A DNA stretch of 64,000 bases from Ylistrum balloti (taxonomy: Eukaryota), in NCBI RefSeq assembly GCF_031769215.1, contig NW_026781968.1, positions 310,001 through 374,000 of the forward strand. The letters run 5' to 3'. Position 1 is the first letter of the stretch. Every line of letters begins with the position of its first letter. The position numbers and the translations under genes are program-made. The notes beneath the pieces were generated by a model. The model was not told the origin of the DNA, ran no database searches, and worked only from the letters and a program-made list of their open reading frames with translations. Positions 12,101 through 25,450 of this stretch are shown here, in pieces.

Positions 12101-15100
12101 AATACTAATTTTTTTGGGTCTTTAAAATCATTTCTCTCTTTACGTTACTGGGTCAAGATCAATAATTAAGCACCTGTTTGATAAGATATTTGACTGGTCG
12201 GATGCCTCCTCCAGTTCCCCAAATGTTGTCGAGACGAACAATGCCATGTTTCTTACTCAACAAGAGCTCTGCTTTCTCTAAAGCTGAAACTGTGTGAGCA
12301 CATTCCACGTTACCCTTGTAACTTCGCATATACTTCGGAGGAAGACAATCATCGGCAACAGCTCTGGCAATGAACTGACCAATCACCTGTTAAATCAATT
12401 AAAAACCATGAACATATGCAATCATTATTATTGTCGTTGTCATCATCTTTTCAAGCATGTATTTTTTCCACTTGTTTCATTTTCCTCTCCTGTGATGACT
12501 ATGCATGTGTGAAACAAGATAACACAAAGCATAATGTTATTCCCCACATCCTACTAATTAGAGGAAGAAACAAATTATTAAAAGTAAATATTAAAATATA
12601 TTAACTCAATTCCACCACTGTTACTGGTTGTTTTTGAATATGGTTTGACATCATTCGCAAAGCATATAGAGTTACATATTCAATGAACTTTACTACATAA
12701 TCTATTATGGGATGTATATAAATATGTGGGTTATTATGAAATTGGAAAACTTTGCCAATTGTTGTAGCTGTATATTAACAGACAACCGGAAAATAAAAAA
12801 TATCCATTACAAGAACTCCTCCAAGAGCAAAATGCACTAATAGCGTGCTAGCTTGTACAAAGTGTTTTAATGGTAGTTCTTCACTAATTTTGTTGCCATG
12901 CTCTAGAAACCTTGAACATGTGTAAATCTGTTTGTTTCTTATCTGTTTCCATGCATATGGTAGCAACAAAAAGAAAGAGAAAAAAAAAAGAAAAAGAGAA
13001 GAAACTCTACACATCAAATGGCACCACTATTATGATAGGATGATAGGTGGACATCATTTCAGGTAGTTATCTTGAACAACTTGAACATTTTACTCCATAA
13101 ACAGTATTTGTAAAATTGCCCATTTCCATGGTACCAAAAGAACTTCTAAAAATTGAAAATTCATAACAAATGTTGCTCAACCAGAATGCTAACTAGATAA
13201 TTATATAAAAGTTTCAGGTAATTACCTTGAATGGAGTCTTGCTCCATACAATTGAAATTTGGCCCATCATGGAAACACAGAAAGTATTGACTTGGAGAAT
13301 TTCTTCATAGCAATAAGCCCTAATAGTGTCCTAGTTTGATAACTCTACAAAGTTGTTAATTAGCTCTGGTCCAGGAAACTATGCAAAACAGATGAACGGA
13401 TGGACTAAATTTAATATCCCCGGGAAATCTATTTCACAAGGGATAAAAATGAAACACAAATGTAAGACTATTACCGTAGGAGCATCAGGTGTGTCTATGG
13501 TCAAGTCACTCAGGCTGTTCAATACATCATCAAAGCCATTGGCAATGTCATCGGAAGTAAGTACTTTCCCATACAGGTCAGAAATAAGGATGGAACTCAA
13601 TTCACGATGTGTACACTTGTGGTCTAGTGCCATATTCAATATAGTTTCTATAACTTTAGGTTTTAAGGTGCATAATTTCAGGTCCAGCAATGTTTCCTGA
13701 AAAAAGACAAATCCAAGGATCACATACCAAACTCATTCTGCCAAAGAGAAACAAGACCCTTCAGTGTATTAGTACAAATAGTGTGAAATTTTCCGAAACA
13801 GTTAAGTAACTTGTGTCAGTACTTCACTGACATTATAACTTTATAACCAAAGACTTTCACACATACTTGTCTGAACTTTAGCATTTCATAATCAATCAGA
13901 ATATTACAATATCTAAACAACAGTCAAACTTAATTTGAATTTGTAAAACTTTATTACCCCACTTAACTTTGTCAGTCCTAGCAAAATTCTTCTTTATCTT
14001 AATAATAAAGACTTGAAAAACTAGGACAAACTCTGATGTGAAGTAAAAATTGGTCCACTGAAATTATGACAAAGTGTTAAGGCAGACCGTGTCTCGAGTA
14101 CATATTGTTATCATTTGTCGCCCTACGCCCGGTATCGCTTTAAATTGTGAGAATAAAATCAGTTGGCTACTGTTTCAATAAAACCAGGTCCATGATTTTA
14201 TTAACTTTAATTAACAGTGAAAGTTCAGTGGTACTTGGAGCAAGCCATTTATATACACTGAAAGCTCACAACAATGTGACACAGAAATATGGGCCACACC
14301 GCACTGTAACAATAATCTTGGTCTGGTATTGGCTAGTGTTTTCACACAAGCATATATGGCTTGGACATTAATAGAGAAAGCTGAAGAAAGTCAGTTACCA
14401 TCGTGAAGGTGATTTTGAAGCAGTCAACATCACATTATGTCTACTGCTTTTGTATTACTTATAGTCCTCAATATATTTTGCACTAATATGGACACTCCTA
14501 GGCACTTATGTTGTGTTGTGCATGTATTTGTGCTCTTTTACTTCCGGTTTGAAACTTCCATCTGTTTACCAAGTGTCTGGAGCTTTCACTTGCATGAAAG
14601 TGTTGTTGTAATAATTTTGTGTAATATAACATCATACAATTAGAATAAGCTTCTGAAATTGTGTAGTGTTATTCTTGTCTTTCCCTTTGTGTAGTGTTAT
14701 TCTTGTCTTTCCCTTTGTGTAGTGTTATTCTTGTCTTTCCCTAGCTAGAAACTGGCATATGTGTTGGTTAATCAATGACCCAAATAACCTCATTTTTCTT
14801 TGTTTCCAAAGGCTATATATTGCATTGTACAAAGTCTTAGAGCAGACGCTGAAACCTGGTTACTAAAACTCAGATAACTCAATTTTTTTCACAACCCTAA
14901 TGACTTTGAGTTTACAAAGTTTGACTGTATCTCCTGTGTAGAATTATCAAGGTCTCACCTGCACTTCTGACGTATCACCATGGTTGTAGTATTCAGAAAT
15001 CACAGGTTCGAGAACCTTTTTAAGTTCTTCCTGAGAAACTTCTAGATCTATTTTTTCTACAAAATATTCATCCTGAAATCAAAAATATATTTCATATGAA

Positions 15101-17770
15101 TAAAAACCAATTGGAAAAACGTGCTTTTCTCCAGGGTATTAAACTATGAAGAAGTTTGGTTGTTTTTTTCTTTTTATCATGAAATGTTACATCTTCAGTT
15201 GTGTGCTTAGCTGCATTTTCATTTATATAGTTACAATACACATGTCGTAAAGGTCTTAAAGCAAAATCATGCCAAGTATTGAAATGCTAGTCATTAAAGA
15301 TCAGGATCAATCATTACTGTGGAAGTTTCTATCATATTGTATGAGGAAATACATCAGCTGAAGATTATTACCTCGCTCTCAGAATCATAGTTAGGGTCAT
15401 TTGCATCTTTGCACCTCTCTTCCATTAGGATTTCATCTCCCGGTGCTCCCCACGTTCCTTTGCCTCCTGCGCCACCTGTTCATACCACAAAATAACCTTA
15501 ATTCAGTGAAAACAATAATAATAACTAGTTAAGACTTCAGCCAGTTGATATGAAATGACAGTTTAGATATCCACTTTTCCTGTCTTTGATCCAGATAAAC
15601 TTATATAGAGAAATTGCTCTTGTGCTATGTGTTGTTCTGTTTGTTACAAGATAAACATGTTCTGCTTTATCTAATCAAAGTGCCCTTTCCTTTATGATGT
15701 AGTGCTCAGGGTTTCAAAATTAGTTCTTGTATAAGGTGTCCTTTTTATCCATCCCCAGAGACAGGTTTTCTGGGGTTTGTAGTGTCCAATGAAGAGACCC
15801 ATTACCAATTGAAAATTGTCCTGTGTTTCCCTAGCTCAGCTTTTATTTTCCCTATTTGCATGCTGTTTGCATAAAAATGTAGAAGTTTGTTAAAAAGATT
15901 CTTTGTATTAAAACTTGAAAGTGATGTACATTTGATGTATAACAGTCTGATTGCAAAAAAGTTTGGGGAGACAGCAGGATTATTTTAAACTGTCAAATAG
16001 CCATGGTCATGATCTGAATGAAAGGAAATAACTCATCTCTAAAATGATGAATATTTCATACATGAAAATACCATTTTCATTATTTTGCTGATTTAATAAA
16101 AGAAGACATATCACTGATGGCAAGTTCCCATTTTTTAGTGAATCATAATTATCCCACTTTCAATAAATCTTGTATACAGGTACAGGGTCCATGCTCACTG
16201 TAAAGTTATTTACTCACAAATGCTAGAAAATATATATTATTAATATCCCCAAATTCAATTTTTATAATTTTGTTCATTTTATAATTCATTATTTTAAATA
16301 CCTTTGTTAAAAAAAGGCTTGGTTTTCACTTTGATCTTTGATTTGAACTTTCAACTACCTGAGACTTGTTGAAACATAACCTTTCAACTATTTCAACCTA
16401 AATTAACACAACTGCAAAACAAGACATTATCTCTCTGTCTGGCTGTAGGTATAAACACCTGTAGATTTGATTCAAAATATGTTTTGTGGTTTTTACCTGA
16501 AAACAGCATATTATCTTGGAATATCACATTCAAAATGTTGTGACTCTGTTAAGTGTAACATCAAACTATCTGCCATCACAGAACATCAAAAGATGAAAAA
16601 CAAAAAATCTCAACAAAGGTTATGTTCTATTTATTTCAATATATCATTTTCTTTAATGAAAACTTTATAAGTGGAATCATCTTGTTTCAGAGAGGAAAAA
16701 GACTGAAACCAGTCAATTGACAAAGATTTTCATCTCTAGAAAGTGAAAGGATATATATTTTCCATCCATTTTAACATTTATTAATCTATTTTTGAATTAG
16801 CTTTTTCTTCTTCCTGATTAGAAATGTACTATAAAAGAAAATCAACAGTTCCTTTGTTTAGTGTCATAAATGTTTCACTTGTAAGACAGACTATACCCAT
16901 ATTTTTAATTTTATTTTTTATAAAATATATGTAACAGATCATTAATGGTTTCATATGTAAATATTGCATCACCTTGTTTATACAAATCTCTAACATTGTA
17001 TGTATAGTGATGATGCAATCTTAAAACTGTTTGAAGACGCTTTCCTAAGTCAGGCGGTTCAATCATCCGATTCACCAGCTTATAATTAGCCTAGGGTGAT
17101 TCATAAGTGACCTTGCACAAAATGAGCGCACTAGGTCATATTATCCCATACAAAGTGTTAATATCATTTATACTAATAGTTCAATTTAAAACTTCTGTTT
17201 TTGTCTTAATTAACCCCAGACTTAAATTAAATCAGCATAAATCGCTGCTTTAAAAAATGGCCCACAACACCTAATGTTGTTTGTAAACATGGCTGACGGA
17301 ACACGTGGTGTACGTGGAACAGATAAACAAACAAATCCTTCCGCGGACATTTTCATCCAAAACATCGATGTCGAATGCCAGAATTCAACTATGACAGCAT
17401 TTAAATTGGCATCCAGTGAATGCTACAAAAATTAATGGCCATGAAAAATAAGCAAAATTTAAATAAGTAGCTCACCTTTCTTTGGTAGGCCTCGGCCGCG
17501 GCCATCCCTGGATTTACGGCTATTTTTGTTTACTGCGAGTGCTTGTTTTGCTTGAGCTGCAGTCTTCGTTTCCCCATTTAAAACCAGTGCGTCAGGTCCT
17601 GAATTCTGCCGATGAAATCGTTTTGCTTTCCTGATAATTCTTCCACCTGGAGACTGACTGTCAGTACCATTTAAGTCCTCAGTAAACCCATTCCCGTTCA
17701 ATTCTGATATTTCACCGTCGCCATTTTGGAATTTTTCATCAACATTAGACACTTCGACTTCGGTGGTCAT
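9162..17770 (-). CDS. PDCD4: Programmed cell death protein 4 (eIF4A-binding, two MA3 domains), 455 aa, 9 coding exons
   Basis: Exons 17770-17476, 15475-15372, 15072-14959, 13696-13475, 12386-12174, 11759-11652, 10074-9964, 9661-9522, 9222-9162; all GT-AG, phases consistent, total 1368 nt. Motifs: [87 protein letters not shown] and C-terminal [13 protein letters not shown]. Confidence 0.97.
14659..14741. repeat. 28 bp tandem repeat x3 (PDCD4 intron)
   Basis: TTGTGTAGTGTTATTCTTGTCTTTCCCT repeated three times. Confidence 0.9.
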
Positions 17771-17862
17771 GACAGGCGTTTAAGCTACAAAATTTACAAA
17801 TACAGACTATCTCAGATTACAAAGTACAGAGTTCCCAACCCTGCACAAAATGCACAAGTTAC

Positions 17863-18040
17863 CTTGAAGGCAAAATGTGCTACTGAAAATATTTTTCTTG
17901 ACCACAGCTTGCAGCGCGAAATCCTCTTTCCCTTGGTATGAAGTTATGACACGTGATCAGAGTCAGTCGTTTTGATTGGTTAAGATGAACACGTGGTAAA
18001 CAATCCGTTCACGATCTAATTTTATCCAAGTGTTTACAAC
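17863..18040 (-). promoter_or_regulatory. Probable PDCD4 non-coding exon 1 and proximal promoter
   Basis: Donor AAG|GTAACT at 17863 and an acceptor at 17784 just upstream of the ATG. Upstream motifs: CACGTG at 17950 and 17990, ATTGG (CCAAT on minus) at 17975, GTAAACAA at 17996, TGTTTAC at 18031. Confidence 0.55.
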
Positions 18041-18429
18041 AAACGTAATGTGAAGGTCATACAAACAAAGCGATCGACATTGCCAAAAAAGCCACATAAA
18101 CGTTTACTGTACTTAAGTCCTGACGTGACAGACTCCTGTCGTCACGGACCTAGGACTGTGGTGACAACAAATGTCTTTATGTATGCTTGTTGTATGGTTC
18201 TTACCAGCCAGAACAGTATACAATAGTTATCAATTTTTATAATTGGTTGTAAAAGCTTCATGCTCTATTTCGGTAGGATCGAGTTGCGACTTTTAAATAA
18301 AATTGATTTGGTTAGACCAGGGACGTCCCTTGTTAGACTTTACAAAAAGATTAAACTTGATGACATCACTTCTAAAGACCTGCTTAAGCCGAAGACCGAT
18401 ATCTGAGCCAGAACATTCTTTATACATGT

Positions 18430-19835
18430 AAATTGGATACAAAAAAATTAAGGATCACAAATATAAGCGTTTTTTGTCTGCCACCAGCTTGACACTCCTT
18501 GACCATCGTTTGATCACCAATGTATACACAATAACTTTTCGGTAACGATTTGCCTTCCCAACCATGAACGTGCGACAAGATATCGGGTAACACAGAGTTA
18601 GATCAAATTGCCAATGGCGGTTTTATTGCAAGTCTGTGTGGAATCATCGTAAAAATCAAATGACAAATTTTGTTTTTTTATTCTGAATGTCCTGTCATTT
18701 TGCATCCGGTTTTGAATATTTGTTAACATGCGACATCACCCGACAGCTGCACAGACTGACCGAGCAGTCCCAACGGGATGCTACAGGCAGGACAATCATT
18801 AAGAACTGTGTCTGCACACTTCAATATGTCACACAGTGTCATTCCTCGATTATGGAATCGATTCAAGATGAACGGAAACGTCACCGGGAGACCTCGATCG
18901 GGCAGACCACAGTGTACGACAGGGTCGTTATTTAACGGTACTCTTATCCGAGACGTATAACACACGTCTCTGCTCTTACAAGGCGAAATCGGTTTAAGTA
19001 ACGACTTCCGTCAAGCAACTAGAGTAAGAATTTCTGCATAAATAGTGAAGACTAGACTTCACATCTCTGGATTACACGCTCGTGAACAGACTCGCTATAC
19101 GCCCTCGACTCACACGCCGTCACCTTAGCTGACCACAGCTTTGTACGGATGAGTCCAGGTTTTGTTTGGACTTTCATGATGACAGGTGTTTGGCGTGGGG
19201 TGGGTCAGAGGTAAGCTGACTGCTGCGTCTCTGAGCATGGCAGTTTCGGTGGGGGCTGGATAATGGATTGGGCAGGGATCACGTTCGAATGTCGGATTGA
19301 CTCAAGCTGAACGTAATTGATGGGGTAGCCTTACAGGTCATCCAACTGTAAGACCCTTTGCAGATGATGTCGGCCCCGAGTTGGTACTGATGAACGACAC
19401 TACCCGAACACATAGAGAGCTCTTTACTTGAATGAGTAACTCCGAGCGTATCGATCACCCGACCGAACATGCATGGGCCATGTTACAACAACGCATTACC
19501 GATCGTCCGCGGCTTCCTGTCGACCGACAGGAACTTGCTGATGCATTTCATCAAGAAAGGTAACATATTCCATGAACGACTGTACGGCGCCTGATTCGCA
19601 GCAAACCAAACCGATGTCCTGCCGTTCTTGGGGCCAATGGAGGACACACTATTGATAGTGTTACCGAACCCATGCCAAAGTATTTTGAATTTTCAGCGCC
19701 ATTGAGACCTTAACTTTGTTTTAGAGGGTTATGGACTTTTGATGCAATTAATCACGACACGCTTGAATGATATTGATTCAAAATGGTTCCAAATTATTTT
19801 CTTATTGTTTGACTTCACTCCAGTGTGTCCAGTAT
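18430..19835 (+). mobile_element. Second Tc1-family transposon, more heavily decayed
   Basis: 18728-19655: MRHH..MLQAGQSLRTVSAHFNMSHSVIPRLWNRF..GRPRSGRP, a DE motif (ACGGATGAGTCCAGG), WAGI, EHAWAML and RCPAVLGANGGHT*; multiple frameshifts. Ends are approximate (only short TGGAYACA-like terminal similarity). Confidence 0.85.
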
Positions 19836-20029
19836 ATAATGCACGAATAAGGTAGAGAGTCCCACTGTTCAGCGTTGCGCCTCTTGCAAAGGAGAGTTCT
19901 TTCGACAACACAAAAATTGTTTGAATGTGAGCTTCGGGGTTAACTATTTTGACTCCATTGCTTGTTTTTATGTTTTATATGACAAAACACGAATGGGTCA
20001 TCTGATCATAATCAAATACAAAAGCAGCA

Positions 20030-20560
20030 GTAATATTGAGCAGCCATGTCGGCCATCTTAGATTCTAGACCGTCTAAAAAAATAAGACATTGACAAGATC
20101 ATCTCAGGATCATTTCATGCCAAATTCAGATGAATAACACTTTTTGAAATTGAGAAGTTTAAATCAGATGTTGTTCCGGAAAACCATAGTTACGAAATAA
20201 TGTTACAAATGGACGTTGGACGAAGACGAAATATATCAACACTTTGTCGACTTCCTCTCTTCAACATCCTAAACAATTTTCAGCTACAGAAAATAACTTT
20301 AGAATGTTTTTTTTTCGACACAGTGGCCACGGCGGCCATATTGCATATCGGACCGAATCGAAAATTAGCAACACTATGTCAGGACAACCTCGGAATCATT
20401 TCAGGCCAATTTCAGCTGGATTCCACTAAAGAACGTGAAAAAATTAAAATAGGTGTTGCCATATACAACTTACGACAATGCAGAAAAATAAGAACACTTC
20501 TTTTCCTTATCATCCCCACCAATTTTCAACTCGATGGGACCAAAGTAGCTTGAGAAGAAG
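20030..20560. repeat. Non-autonomous DNA element with internal GGCCATCTT/GGCCATATT subrepeats
   Basis: Two related subunits (cggccatcttagattctagaccg...aggatcatttcatgccaaattcag and cggccatattgcatatcggaccg...ggaatcatttcaggccaatttcag). A similar CAAGATGGC-type stretch occurs at ~6900-7250. Family identity is inference. Confidence 0.45.
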
Positions 20561-21498
20561 TTCAAAATATGTAATTATCAAGTCTCTAGCTACTGCATGT
20601 CTGGAAACTGTGTCATTCATACTGGACATGAACTTATGAAATTATTTACATATCATGTCAGTTCAATATTGAATGCTATAACAAGATTGCCGTTTTAGTC
20701 GTTGAATATACATCTAATAATACCCTATTGTGATGTCACGATTAGACTGAAATGACGTGACACATTTATCGATTACATCGTGACATCACAATTGATACCA
20801 GGTAAAGAACGGAGAGGACGTAAAAGCATGACATGGGAAAGTAACCTCCCCTTTAAAAAAATAATAATAAAGAAAGGAACATTTTGTCCAAAATAATTGA
20901 TCAAATGATCCATACAAATTCCTTTCCAAATGTTTTTATATGTGATTTAAGGAACTCGTCTCGTTTTTATGCTTTAGAAGAGGGTTGCTTTGAAAATAAA
21001 TAGAAGAAAGACTTTATTCATTAATTTCATAAGAAGTGAAAATCATGTAACATCCTACATGTATTCGCCAGTGCTGTTACTTATAACCTATTATTATTAT
21101 TATTGCATTCTTAACGGCCCCTTATCTCCTGTTCGACGGTCAGCTTACATAATGTCATTACAGTGTCTTGAAGACGCCATGAAAATTCATGAAATTAATG
21201 AAATGCTATGAATTCCATCAGTTCATTAGAGTGTTACAACAATGGATACGTCAAATTAAATTTTGCCCGGGTTAGAAGAAAAATGAAAATGATTGTACAG
21301 GTGAAAGACGTTTTCAACAGTCTATTCCCACAATTCAAGTAAGAGTTGCTTCCCATGTAACAAATAGCAGATCGTCATCCATAAACGTCGTTATGTCATT
21401 CTATACACACATATGCTGTCCAAACAACATGATGATGAAAAGGATTATGTAAAAAAAAAAAAAAAAAAATGAGTATGACCAAACATTAATTTCATTAA

Positions 21499-21499
21499 T

Positions 21500-21565
<66 letters not shown>
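21499..21565. repeat. (ATC)n microsatellite, ~22 units
   Basis: Pure TCA run; it produces the poly-Asp in the spurious ORF 21401-21640. Confidence 0.97.
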
Positions 21566-22125
21566 TCTTGCATTACGCTGAAGCAACATTGCTATCAAGT
21601 TTAAGTGTAGAGTGTGATATAAACGTATATAATTTGTCAATAGCTATATTGGTTTAAAAGAGGGGGCGTATATAATGAAGGGATGTTACCAGACCTGTTT
21701 TAATGTGGAAGGAAATTATTGTCAATACATGTGATGTGAATCGGAACTGGAACCAAAATATTTTATTTCATTTTCACATGATAGGGTTCTTTGAATATAT
21801 TTGCACTGGTCTTGTTGTCTAGATATTGTCATGTTCCATTACTAGACAGTAAAGTGTCATTCTTTATCAAACTGAAAGATATGTTCAAAAACCCTATTGC
21901 ACTTCAAACAGGTTATTGTTCATTGAAGCTATTCTAAATTTAGTTAGAACATTTACATTTGTCGGAGAGGCAATCGAATACGCATCGAAAGACCAGTGAC
22001 TAAGTGACTAAACTGAAGACAGGGGGACTTCCTAAATGTGTTTCCAAATCTGATGTACGTGTTAGGACCTACGTAGGTTACAGAATGAAAACGCAGCAGC
22101 ATCTTTTAGAATATCATATCTGCAA

Positions 22126-22427
22126 CCTCCTGTCCCTCCTATAAACATATACCCCTTCTCCACATCTCCACCCCTCCTGTCCCTACTATAAACGTATACC
22201 CCTTCTCCACATCTCCAACCCTCCTGTCCCTACTATAAACGTATACCCCTTCTCCACATCTCCACCCTCCTGTCCCTCCTATAAACATATACCCCTTCTC
22301 CACATCTCCACCCTCCTGTCCCTACTATAAACGTATACCTCTTCTCCACATCTCAACCCTCCTGTCCCTACTATAAACGTATACCCCTTCTCCACATCTC
22401 CAACCTCCTGTCCCACCTATAAACATA
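22126..22427. repeat. ~47 bp C-rich minisatellite, ~6 copies
   Basis: Unit CCTCCTGTCCCTACTATAAACGTATACCCCTTCTCCACATCTCCAC. Confidence 0.93.
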
Positions 22428-22584
22428 TTCAGCTACAGCAATGTCTCAGCACAACTTTGAAAGGTTGCTTACGTTTCTCTGAAATCATTTTCTAGGTATA
22501 ATATTCAATTTTTTTTACAACATTTACATAAGAAGAAACACAAAATTTTCCCCAAACTGGTTGTTGGAAAGCGCGGATAAACAT

Positions 22585-24075
22585 ATGTAACGCGTGAATA
22601 TGCCAGTATAACGTGTGAAGTAGACAGGATAACGTGTAAATTAGACAGTATAACGTGTGAATTAGTATGTATAACTAGTGAATTAGTCAGTATAACGCGT
22701 GAATTAGACAGTATAACGTGTGAATTAGACAGTATAACGTGTGAATTAGTATGTATAAGTGTGAATTAGACAGGATAAGGTGTGAATTAGACAGTATAAC
22801 GCGTGAATTAGACAGTATAACGTGTGAATTAGACAGTATAACGTGTGAATTAGTATGTATAAGGCGTGAATTAGACAGGATATTGTGTGAATTAGACAGT
22901 ATAACGTGTGAATTAGACAGTATAACGTGTGAATTAGTATGTATAAGGTGTGAATTAGACAGTATAAGGTGTGAATTAGACAGTATAAGGTGTGAATTAG
23001 ACAGTGTAACGTGTGAATTAGACAGTATAACGTGTGAATTAGACAGTATAACGTGTAAATTAGTATGTATAACGTGTGAATTAGAAAGGATAACATGTGA
23101 ATTAGACAGTATAACGTGTGAATTAGTATGTATAAGGTGTGAATTAGACAGTATAAGGTGTGAATTAGACAGTATAAGGTGTGAATTAGACAGTGTAACG
23201 TGTGAATTAGACAGTATAATGTGTGAATTAGACAGTATAACGCGTAAATTAGACAGTATAAGGTGTGAATTAGACAGTAAAACGCGTGAATTAGACAGTA
23301 TAACGTGTGAATTAGACAGTATAACGTGTGAATTAGTATGTATAACGTGTGAATTAGACAGTATAACGTGTGAATTAGTATGTATAACGTGTGAATTAGA
23401 CAGTATAACGTGTGAATTAGTATGTAAAACATTTGAATTAGACAGTATAACGCGTGAGTTAGACAGTATACCGTGTGAATTAGACAGTATAACGCGTGAA
23501 TTAGACAGTATAACGTGTGAATTAGACAGTATAGCGTGTGAATCAGTATGTATAACGTGTGAATTAGACAGTATAACGTGTGAATTAGCATGTAAAACAT
23601 TTGAATTAGACAGTATAACGCGTGAGTTAGACAGTATACCGTGTGAATTAGACAGTATAACGTGTGAATTAGACAGTATAGCGTGTGAATCAGTATGTAT
23701 AACGTGTGAATTAGACAGTATAACGTGTGAATTAGACAGTATAAGGTGTGAATTAGTATGTATAACGCGTGAATTAGACAGTATAACGCGTGAATTAGAC
23801 AGTATAACGTGTGAATTAGACAGTATAGCGTGTGAATCAGTATGTATAACGTGTGAATTAGCATGTAAAACATTTGAATTAGACAGTATAAGGTGTGAAT
23901 TAGTATGTATAACGTGTGAATTAGACAGGATAAGGTGTGAATTGGGCAGTATAACGTGTGAATTAGCATGTAAAACGTGTGAATTAGACAGTATAAGGTG
24001 TGAATTAGCATGTAAAACGTTTGACTTAAACAGTATAAGGTGTGAATTAGTATGTATAACGCGTGGATTAATATG
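22585..24075. repeat. 21 bp minisatellite, ~70 copies
   Basis: Unit GTGAATTAGACAGTATAACGT with variants; explains the three overlapping 452-479 aa ORFs (CELDSIT / LSNSHVI / LIHTLYC). Confidence 0.97.
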
Positions 24076-24189
24076 TATAAACTTAAACTTGTGCAATTTT
24101 GGTACATAAACATCACTTGGTATCAAATCTGAAATCCTAACTATTTACAAGACTACATGAATGTAAACATCGAAATCTACAAGTCTGCA

Positions 24190-24545
24190 TTCTTCAGTTC
24201 ATCCAAACAGTAATACGCCAAATATAGTGTCTTTTTCTGCATTCTTTAGTTCATCGAGAAAGGTCCATGTGAAATACTAATTTTCTACATTCTTTGGGTC
24301 ATCGAGAAAGGCCCACGTGACCTACAATTTTCCCCTCATTTCTAGGTCATCGAGAAAGATCCACGTAAAACAGTATTAATTCTTTCATTGATTTCATTCT
24401 TAAGTTAATCGAGTAATGTCAATGTGGAATACTTTTCGTTGCAGTCTTTCGTTAACTACGAAGTTTACATTATAATCGAGAAATGTCTACTTGAAATACC
24501 CTTTTCTACATCCTTTAGCTCATTGGTATAGGTCTACGTGAATTA
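24190..24545. repeat. Old degenerate ~50-55 bp tandem repeat
   Basis: Recurrent TCATCGAGAAAGG(T/C)CCACGTGAAATAC...TTTTCTACATTCTT-like units with heavy divergence. Confidence 0.6.
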
Positions 24546-24854
24546 AATGATGCGACAAGTAAGGAATTTGAAGGTGAAACACCGGCGGCAAGGACACATC
24601 ACCATAATAGTGTGTTAACAATGGTGAAATGTAGCTAGATTGGAAAAAAGCTGTAATTTACATATGATGGAGTACATACATCCGGGAACTTATATGAATA
24701 GACAACGGATATTTAATGCAAACGAGAATGTGAATGTAGGGCGTTAACAAAGTTTTCAACACAGAAGGAAATGTGACAGTCGTAACTGTAAATATGTATG
24801 TTATCAAAATAAAAATAAAAAAAACCCAAATGCATCGTCATGATACAGTATGTG

Positions 24855-25450
24855 TTTAGTACATATATCTGTCACCTGTATCAGAATGTACTTAGTACAT
24901 ATATCTGTCACCTGTATCAGAATGTACTTAGTACATATATCTGTCACCTGTATCAGAATGTACTTAGTACATATATCTATCACCTGTATCAGAATGTACT
25001 TAGTACATATATCTATCACCTGTATCAGAATGTACTTAGTACATATATCTATCACCTGTATCAGAATGTACTTAGTACATATATCTATCACCTGTATCGG
25101 AATGTACTTAGTACATATATCTATCACCTGTATCACTTAGAATGTACTTAGTACACATATCTATCACTTCTATCACTTAGAATGTACTTAGTACATATAT
25201 CTATCACCTGTATCGGAATGTACTTAGTACATATATCTATCACCTGTATCACTTAGAATGTACTTAGTACACATATTTATCACTTCTATCACTTAGAATG
25301 TACTTAGTACATATATCTATCACATATATCTATCACCTGTATCACTTAGAATGTACTTATGTACTTAGTACATATATCTATCACCTGTATCAGAATGTAC
25401 TTAGTACATATATCTATCACCTGTATCGGAATGTACTTAGTACATATACG
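24855..25450. repeat. 36 bp minisatellite with internal variants
   Basis: Unit CAGAATGTACTTAGTACATATATCTATCACCTGTAT; generates the 12-aa-periodic spurious ORFs 24804-25151. Confidence 0.95.

Noticed and set aside
4380-19835. Composite transposon of two Tc1 elements carrying PDCD4
   Set aside because: The two elements differ in transposase sequence and termini, so they are independent insertions, and both are decayed.
21401-21640. Poly-Asp acidic (shell-matrix-like) protein
   Set aside because: The Asp run is just an (ATC)n microsatellite flanked by a poly-T-derived Phe run; there is no signal peptide or exon structure.
22687-24126. Three long ORFs (452-479 aa) as real genes
   Set aside because: They coincide exactly with a 21 bp minisatellite whose consensus lacks stops in those frames; there is no unique coding flank or splice context.
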